Source: Candidatus Aenigmatarchaeota archaeon
Lineage (GTDB): Archaea > Aenigmatarchaeota > Aenigmatarchaeia > CG10238-14 > SCSR01
Reading direction: 5' to 3'
Assembly (NCBI GenBank): GCA_030615205.1
Contig: JAUWZS010000001.1
Span: 76,993 to 140,992, forward strand
Length of the DNA stretch: 64,000 nt
In this document: in pieces, positions 57,576-64,000 of the stretch
Position numbering within the stretch: position 1 is the stretch's first letter
How the letters are laid out: each line of letters opens with the position of its first letter
Notes under the pieces: generated by a model
Database searches by the model: none
What the model saw: the letters and a program-made list of their open reading frames with translations, nothing else
Told to the model about the DNA's origin: nothing
Made by a program: the position numbers and the translations under genes

Positions 57576-59117
57576 ATGAAACTAAGAGTAAAAATTCTTG
57601 GAATAAATGCAGGGGACAAACCTATAGCTGTGCTGCACGAAGATGATGCAGAGGATTTAGGAATTCGCAGTCTTGGCCGGGTCCTGATCAGATATGGAAA
57701 AAAAACATCAGTTGCTATTCTCAACACAACAAAAAAAGTTGTCGGCCGTGGAGAGGTTGGAATCTTTGATGAAATAGTTGAAGATATGGAGCTGAAAGAA
57801 GGTGCACGTGTGGATGTAATTGTATCTGAATTCCCGAACTCCATCAGCCATATAAAGGCGAAGTTGCAAGGAAGGAGATTGACTTATGATGAGATATTGG
57901 AAATTGTGAGGGATACTGTTGATGATAAATTGAACGAGATTGAATTGACCTCATTTGTAACAGCCCTCAATAATTTCGGATTGGACTTGGAAGAATCTGT
58001 AAGCATGACAAAGGCCATGGTCGAAACTGGGAAGAAACTTGAACTGAACAATGCATACATCGTTGACAAACATTCAATCGGTGGTGTCCCGGGCGACAAA
58101 ACTTCTTTGCTCTTAGTACCGATAATCGCTGCATGTGGACTCACAATGCCGAAAACAGCCTCTAGAGCAATAACGTCTGCTGCAGGAACAGCTGATAGAG
58201 CAGAGGTGTTTATGCCAGTTGATTTAAACATAGAGAAAATGAAGACTGTTGTGAAAAGAGCGGGTGGCTGTATTGTGTGGGGTGGAGCGTTGGACTTGGC
58301 GCCTGCAGATGATATTTTCATCCGTATAGAATACCCAATTTCCATCGACCCTCTTATGATACCTTCAATAATGAGCAAAAAGAAAGCAGTAGGTGCAGAA
58401 TATCTTGTGATAGACATACCGTGCGGTCGTGGGACAAAAGTGAAAACAATTGGTGATGCGAACCTGTTGGCAAAAGACTTTATTGAAATGGGTAAGCGAT
58501 TAGGCATAAAAACTGAATGCGCAGTAACATACGGTGAACAACCTATAGGGTACACAATCGGACCAGCACTTGAAGCGAGGGAAGCATTAGAAGTTATTAT
58601 GAGAAAGCGTAATGTTCCTGACTTGATTGACAAAACAAAGCACATTGCAAGGATGCTTTTGGAGATTGTGGGGAAAGATGGAGAAAAGCTTGTTGCTGAA
58701 GCTTTGAAATCTGGCCGAGCTGAAGAAAAATTAAGGCAGATTATATTCGAGCAAGGTGGGGACGCAGAAGTACAACCAGAGGACATAGAAATTGGAAAAT
58801 ATGGTATAGATATACATGCAGACCGGAAAGGGTACGTGCTTTGGATGAACAACCATCGATTAGCAGCAATTGCACGTGCAGCCGGCGCTCCAAAAGATAA
58901 GGAAGCGGGCATACTGCTTTATAAAAAGATTGGCGACCGTGCAGAGAAAGATGAAAAACTTTTCACAATTTATGCAGATAAGCCTAGGAAATTAAAGCGT
59001 GCTCAATCAGTGCTCGCAGAGGAAAAAGCTGTAGGAGTCGGCGAGCGCAGAGAAATGTTAATACACGAAGTAAAAGAGTATCCTGTGCACAAAAAATCAT
59101 TCATACTGGAAAGATAA
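57576..59117 (+). CDS. AMP phosphorylase
   Basis: N-terminal extra domain, DKHSIGGVPG, KTASRAITSAAGTAD, SIMSKK. Confidence 0.95.
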   Translation: MKLRVKILGINAGDKPIAVLHEDDAEDLGIRSLGRVLIRYGKKTSVAILNTTKKVVGRGEVGIFDEIVEDMELKEGARVDVIVSEFPNSISHIKAKLQGRRLTYDEILEIVRDTVDDKLNEIELTSFVTALNNFGLDLEESVSMTKAMVETGKKLELNNAYIVDKHSIGGVPGDKTSLLLVPIIAACGLTMPKTASRAITSAAGTADRAEVFMPVDLNIEKMKTVVKRAGGCIVWGGALDLAPADDIFIRIEYPISIDPLMIPSIMSKKKAVGAEYLVIDIPCGRGTKVKTIGDANLLAKDFIEMGKRLGIKTECAVTYGEQPIGYTIGPALEAREALEVIMRKRNVPDLIDKTKHIARMLLEIVGKDGEKLVAEALKSGRAEEKLRQIIFEQGGDAEVQPEDIEIGKYGIDIHADRKGYVLWMNNHRLAAIARAAGAPKDKEAGILLYKKIGDRAEKDEKLFTIYADKPRKLKRAQSVLAEEKAVGVGERREMLIHEVKEYPVHKKSFILER

Positions 59118-59192
59118 ATAAGCTAAAGAAAATAAGAAAAAGAAAGAAAAGGCAAAGTCTGTTTTGTAAGTTATTTTGTTATTCTGTTCGGT

Positions 59193-59528
59193 TTATTTTC
59201 CAAGGGTTATGTTTATAGTGGAAACGTTTATCTTTGTTTTATCCTCAAGTTCGCGCGCTTCTGTGCCAATGTCTATGCTTCTTATCTGCACGCCACTAAG
59301 GAACTTCCTTCGGACAATCTCTGCAACGTCCACAGCCCGTGATATGGCTTTGCCCCGTGCTCTTATATGCACTTCTTGGTTGCCTTCGTTGAACTGGGTT
59401 ATAACTCCGAGAACATACGCCATGCTCGGCTTTCGTCCAACGAATACGACATTTTCGTCGGCCCTTACTTCAATTTTCTTTTCTGGTTGTGGAGTTCCTT
59501 CTTGAACACCTTGAACTTCTTCTGGCAT
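59193..59528 (-). CDS. albA: DNA/RNA-binding protein Alba
   Basis: [28 protein letters not shown]; GGAGGTG RBS. Confidence 0.96.
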   Translation of the reverse strand: MPEEVQGVQEGTPQPEKKIEVRADENVVFVGRKPSMAYVLGVITQFNEGNQEVHIRARGKAISRAVDVAEIVRRKFLSGVQIRSIDIGTEARELEDKTKINVSTINITLGK

Positions 59529-59766
59529 TTTTGCACCTCCGTTTTAAAGCTTTTTTTTCAAGTTAAGTTTTTTTCGAAATCTTGTTTTAGCCTGTTTGCA
59601 ATCAAGTTTTCAATCGATTAACTTGTCTAATATTAGACTGCAAAAGCATTTAATTGTTTTATTTGAATCGTTGCTTTTAAATCCTTTTCTCCACAGGCTT
59701 TCTGAGAGCTTTTGAACGATTGGATAAACTTTAGTTTTCTTAAATACAATTAAGATTTAGATAAAT

Positions 59767-61485
59767 ATGGCAGAGCGAGCAGAATTTACATGCGCAAGAT
59801 GTCATAATCGTTTTAATATTAGGGATCGTCGTTATTGGAAGGGCAATTATATTTGTAAAAAATGTTTTGAAGAATTTAGAAAGAAGGCTGCTGAAGAAAG
59901 GACTGAGAAAATATATGGAGGTAAGAAAAAGGAAGCTGGTGAAAAAGCTGCTGAGAAAGCTAAAGGCGGTTGGGGTAGAATAAAACAAAAACTCGTTTTT
60001 GAACAACCTACCAAAGTAAGTGGACGGACTTTTAAAATAATTGCAGCTATTGCGATTACAGCTATAGTATTATTTGCTAATCCTATGCTCCCGCCTCTAA
60101 AGGATTACTTATTGGAACTGACTGCAATATTCGCGCCTAACGTAGCCGATATTTGGGAGACGGCTGTCTTACTAGTATCTTTATTACTCATAACTTTTGT
60201 CGCATTTCTTGTTTGGTACTATAACTCTTCTATTCCAGGTATAGCTGTTTGGGGGACTATACTCGCTATTACACTTATTTTTCCCTTTGTCTCACAGTAT
60301 TTAGAATTGGGTTATGCGAGTGGCCCTCTCAGCACCCTCGTATGCTATAAAGACTATCTGCTAACAGGAGATGCAGAAGCAATGGCTGCTTGCCAAATAG
60401 AATCAACCGGTGGGTTCGATGATCCAGATGCTACAAAAGTTGGCGACTATGATGTATTGAGCGTGAGTCTTAGTACAGAACATACAGGGAATATTATAAC
60501 AAAAACAGAAGTCGATGGTAAGCTAAAGCTACTTTTAAATATTTATTTTATAGAACTGGTTGTCGAGAATCCAAGCGATGAAATAACTATAAAGAATTTT
60601 AAAATTATAGATGATAATAAGGAAGTTTTAGGGAACAAAGACACAGCTCTCGTGCGCAGTGGAGCTGTAAAAAGCTCGGAGAAAATAAAATTAGCTAATC
60701 TCGAAACATTGGGTCGTGAGTGCATGGATGAAGCAGCGGAAGGATTCGAGGAATATTGTGATATAGAACCAGGAGGGATATTGAGGTTGACATTGAAAGC
60801 CATTCCTATTGAATGCAATGACCTTGAATACAAAGTTGACTGTGAACTGCGGGATATATGTAAATGGGTAGAGGATGAAGATGGAGATGAAAAATGCGCT
60901 TCAGAAGATGATAGAAAAACAAAAGAAGTGGAAGCAAGAGTTAAGTTTTCATACGATTATGCTGGTGAAGGGAAATTCGATTTTGTTGTTGCAAATTCCT
61001 ATGAGACATTATGGGCATTGATATCAGGCAGGGCTCCGAAAACAAAATCAGATGGACCGGTAGATATTAAAGTATCGTTCGGGCCAACAGCCTATCTACT
61101 TAGAGAGGCTATAATCGAGCCAGAGGTCATTCTCATAATTGAATTATCAAAAGAAAAAGTAGGCGAGGCCAGTATAGAAGAAAAGATAAAAATAACGCGT
61201 TTAAGCGATGGTGTTCTTAGTCCTCCTTTAAGCGAGGGTTGCGTTGCCCCTTGGGGGGGTATTGGATTATCAAGTATCTCTGATCGTACTGAAGAATTGA
61301 ATTTAGACGGTCCAAAAAAGTTGAAAAGAACCCATACGTATATTTGTACCTATACAATCAATAAAGCCAGTGTCGGAGATGATGGTGAAAGAATACCTTT
61401 CATAGTCCGTGCAAATTACAGCTACGCAAAAACCGTTACAAAAAGAAATATCCTAGTAAAAGAAGAGGAGTATTCACGAATATAA
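59767..61485 (+). CDS. membrane protein with N-terminal Zn ribbon, TM bundle and Cys-rich exodomain
   Basis: CARC...CKKC, 3 TM helices, extracellular beta/Cys region. Confidence 0.7.
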   Translation: MAERAEFTCARCHNRFNIRDRRYWKGNYICKKCFEEFRKKAAEERTEKIYGGKKKEAGEKAAEKAKGGWGRIKQKLVFEQPTKVSGRTFKIIAAIAITAIVLFANPMLPPLKDYLLELTAIFAPNVADIWETAVLLVSLLLITFVAFLVWYYNSSIPGIAVWGTILAITLIFPFVSQYLELGYASGPLSTLVCYKDYLLTGDAEAMAACQIESTGGFDDPDATKVGDYDVLSVSLSTEHTGNIITKTEVDGKLKLLLNIYFIELVVENPSDEITIKNFKIIDDNKEVLGNKDTALVRSGAVKSSEKIKLANLETLGRECMDEAAEGFEEYCDIEPGGILRLTLKAIPIECNDLEYKVDCELRDICKWVEDEDGDEKCASEDDRKTKEVEARVKFSYDYAGEGKFDFVVANSYETLWALISGRAPKTKSDGPVDIKVSFGPTAYLLREAIIEPEVILIIELSKEKVGEASIEEKIKITRLSDGVLSPPLSEGCVAPWGGIGLSSISDRTEELNLDGPKKLKRTHTYICTYTINKASVGDDGERIPFIVRANYSYAKTVTKRNILVKEEEYSRI

Positions 61486-61499
61486 TATCTTGTGAACTC

Positions 61500-62864
61500 C
61501 TATGGACTAGGTATTGGTAGGTTTGTTTGAATTTTACACCCTGCTGCTTTGTCTAGCTCGTTTGTTGTTATGGCTGGGCAACACAGGCTGTTTTCGTCTT
61601 CTACATATTCAGATGTTTCTATGGGATCCTGGCCGCCACATTCTGCCACATTTCCAGATGCAATACGGAAAGAAGCAGTGATAGTAGTCCATGATGAATC
61701 TATAGGATAGCTGTTTTTAACATCCTTTACTTGACCAACAGCACTTGCAGTACCGAAATAATCGTAATCACATCTAACATCTATGTAAGATGACGGCCAA
61801 TCGCAATCTTCAACCCATCTTTCGTCTCCAAATTCTATCTTTTGGCCTGAGAAACGAGCATCGTGTCCAACCTTTATACAATCGTCTATCGAGGCAGATG
61901 CTTCAAACGTTCCGTCGTTGTTCAGCACAGGATTTTCAAATTCCTCGCGCACTTTACAATTGTATTTTTCATCAGCAGTTATAGTATTGTCATTATCAAA
62001 GTCACAAGGATCATTCCTGCTTGATTCAGAGCAATGTATTGACAATTGCTCTTCGCAGAATAGAATATGGCTCTCTTCAGATAATCCAACATCACTTTCG
62101 CAGAAATCTCTAAGATATATGTTCTTACAACCTTCATCTGCCATTTTATTATCTGCACTGTTGAAGTCCGACTTTATCTTATCATTATCTATAAACGTAT
62201 CCTTAGCGAATTCGAACAGTTCAAATGTTGATGCATCGAACCCGTCATTAAAACCTACAGTATGCTCTACTATCTCAAGATTATCACTTTTGTATTCTAT
62301 AACACCGCCTTCGATGTTCGTAATATAAACATGAACTTTGTATTCTCCTTTATCTTCTGTTATTACATTTCCAGGAGGTTGTGGGCAATAGTCTGGACCA
62401 AAAAATAGGCTCGCGTAATCATCATAAATAGAAGCTATTCGGTTGGATAGATATGTTTCGAAAGTCGATGAATCGATTTCATATGTATTATCGTAAACTC
62501 TCCACCAAGGATCGCATTCGCGTGTTGGTATGCTGTATGGTATTTTGCATTGTTGCGCGCAAGAGTTGTCATCAGAAGCGCAATATCCGCCTTTTTCTAG
62601 AACATCGTAAGATGCTTTATAGAAGCTGTATGGAACTGCCTGCTGCAACGCTTTCTTTGCAAATTCTATTGCATCAACAGCGTTTATTACAGCAAGCTCC
62701 CTAGTTGTCCTTTTCACTATCTCTATGTCTGCTACAAAATTAGCAACAATTATTCCCTCGATAATAAGAACCGCAGTGATCAGAACTGCGGCTATCGCAA
62801 CAACAGCTACGCCTTTTCGGCCCATTTTCATCCCCATCACGCCTTTTTTTATTCCAGTTCTCAT
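61500..62864 (-). CDS. pilin-like (class III signal peptide) Cys-rich surface protein
   Basis: MGRKG|VAVVAIAAVLITAVLII prepilin-type motif. Confidence 0.7.
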   Translation of the reverse strand: MRTGIKKGVMGMKMGRKGVAVVAIAAVLITAVLIIEGIIVANFVADIEIVKRTTRELAVINAVDAIEFAKKALQQAVPYSFYKASYDVLEKGGYCASDDNSCAQQCKIPYSIPTRECDPWWRVYDNTYEIDSSTFETYLSNRIASIYDDYASLFFGPDYCPQPPGNVITEDKGEYKVHVYITNIEGGVIEYKSDNLEIVEHTVGFNDGFDASTFELFEFAKDTFIDNDKIKSDFNSADNKMADEGCKNIYLRDFCESDVGLSEESHILFCEEQLSIHCSESSRNDPCDFDNDNTITADEKYNCKVREEFENPVLNNDGTFEASASIDDCIKVGHDARFSGQKIEFGDERWVEDCDWPSSYIDVRCDYDYFGTASAVGQVKDVKNSYPIDSSWTTITASFRIASGNVAECGGQDPIETSEYVEDENSLCCPAITTNELDKAAGCKIQTNLPIPSP

Positions 62865-63331
62865 TTTATCTCCAATGTTATTTTTTCTTTATTTTTTCCA
62901 TAAGGCAAAAGTATATCCACGTTTGCACTGAACTCAGTATCGCAATCTTCTGGAGGTATGATTACTCCGCCAGCATAAGAAAGCTTATAACATCTAGTGC
63001 CTGTTTCACTTGGAACCAATTTGTCTAATATCAATGCGACCTCAGATTTCACATTATCCCGATTGAATCCCTCAATTGCGTTGTCTCCAAAATCTGCGAC
63101 ATAAAGACTGAGCTTTTCATAAATATCAGTGTCTGAAAGCAGTGCAAGCAAAGTTAAATCGGCAGTGCTATACCCATATTGAATCTCGACAACGCGAACA
63201 AGGTGGATCTTCAGAAAAATAAGCGGAATAAGTATTGTTAATACAATCGTAACCAAAACAATTGCGATGATTATTGCAATTGCTATTCCAATACCTCCCT
63301 TCTCATCAATCGTTAGTCTTCGATTTTTCAT
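62861..63331 (-). CDS. pilin-like (class III signal peptide) protein
   Basis: DEKG|GIGIAIAIIIAIVLV. Confidence 0.7.
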   Translation of the reverse strand: MKNRRLTIDEKGGIGIAIAIIIAIVLVTIVLTILIPLIFLKIHLVRVVEIQYGYSTADLTLLALLSDTDIYEKLSLYVADFGDNAIEGFNRDNVKSEVALILDKLVPSETGTRCYKLSYAGGVIIPPEDCDTEFSANVDILLPYGKNKEKITLEIK

Positions 63332-63380
63332 TTAACCAGCTTCACTCCATTTAATCCACGATTTTTCGTTTGACTCATAA

Positions 63381-64000
63381 TTATAATTCCATTAAGCGTA
63401 TGAGAAGTCGGCCGACATGCAGCTCTTCACCGACTTTAATTAAAACTGGGAATTCTTTTTCAAAGACGCCTATTTTTGTTTCGTACGTATCAAAGCATGC
63501 TTTTGCTTGCCAGTAGTCCCACAGAAGAAATACGTTAAACGGGTTTGGTAATATCCCAAAGAAACTTTTATCTATGTTATTATACAAGCAGTCTAAAAGC
63601 TCTTTGCGACCTTGGAGATTATCATCACCGAATGAAAGGATCCATTTAGTACCTGAATCAATATCATAGACAACTATGTCAGTAGATGTATTTGGGTAGC
63701 TAACTTCTCTTTGTATTTCGCTGTCCTTTGTGGTAGATTCGTGAGTATCAAAATAAGCCTCATTTATTAATTGTTCATCAAGCTTGTTTTTGTCGAACAC
63801 AGCACGGTGGAATCTTTTTGTAGTTGTCATAGATGTAGACACACAACAACACGTTGCTGGATACACCGTACAATCTAATCGATCTTCGTAACATTCATAA
63901 CCATCTATACAATCGCTAGGACGATCACAAATCCCACCAGCGTCTTCACAATCTTCATATTTTCTAACAATATCTTCTTCGTAAACCAGCTTATCCGAGC
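63381..64000 (-). CDS. Cys-rich secreted protein, 5' end outside the window
   Basis: frame appears open to the window edge; CEDAGGIC...CCC. Confidence 0.55.
   Translation of the reverse strand, partial: SDKLVYEEDIVRKYEDCEDAGGICDRPSDCIDGYECYEDRLDCTVYPATCCCVSTSMTTTKRFHRAVFDKNKLDEQLINEAYFDTHESTTKDSEIQREVSYPNTSTDIVVYDIDSGTKWILSFGDDNLQGRKELLDCLYNNIDKSFFGILPNPFNVFLLWDYWQAKACFDTYETKIGVFEKEFPVLIKVGEELHVGRLLIRLMEL

Overview
AT-rich archaeal chromosome segment. Gene content (archaeal MAT, Cdc48, Topo VI, Alba, S-layer protein, form III RuBisCO/AMP pathway, many class III/lipoprotein surface proteins) fits a DPANN lineage, possibly Aenigmarchaeota; the lineage is an inference. It holds about 65 CDS, the SRP RNA and 8 tRNA genes, 7 of which have introns, 3 at non-canonical positions. 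No CRISPR array, IS element or prophage was seen. Main signal: the 37/38 introns of tRNA-Gln(UUG), tRNA-Leu(CAA) and tRNA-Trp(CCA) each carry a minimal box D - box C' module. In each, the preceding guide is antisense to the host tRNA's own anticodon loop, and the D+5 rule points to wobble position 34 in all three. This suggests a family of self-targeting intronic 2'-O-methylation guides beyond the known tRNA-Trp case. Also notable: a splicing endonuclease that appears to lack the canonical catalytic Lys, a microprotein sharing the Cdc48 C-terminal tail, a PyrK-PyrD fusion, a MurL-like gene where rio1 usually sits, and a structured S-layer promoter and leader next to a membrane-anchored wHTH regulator. 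All family calls come from motif recognition, not database searches.
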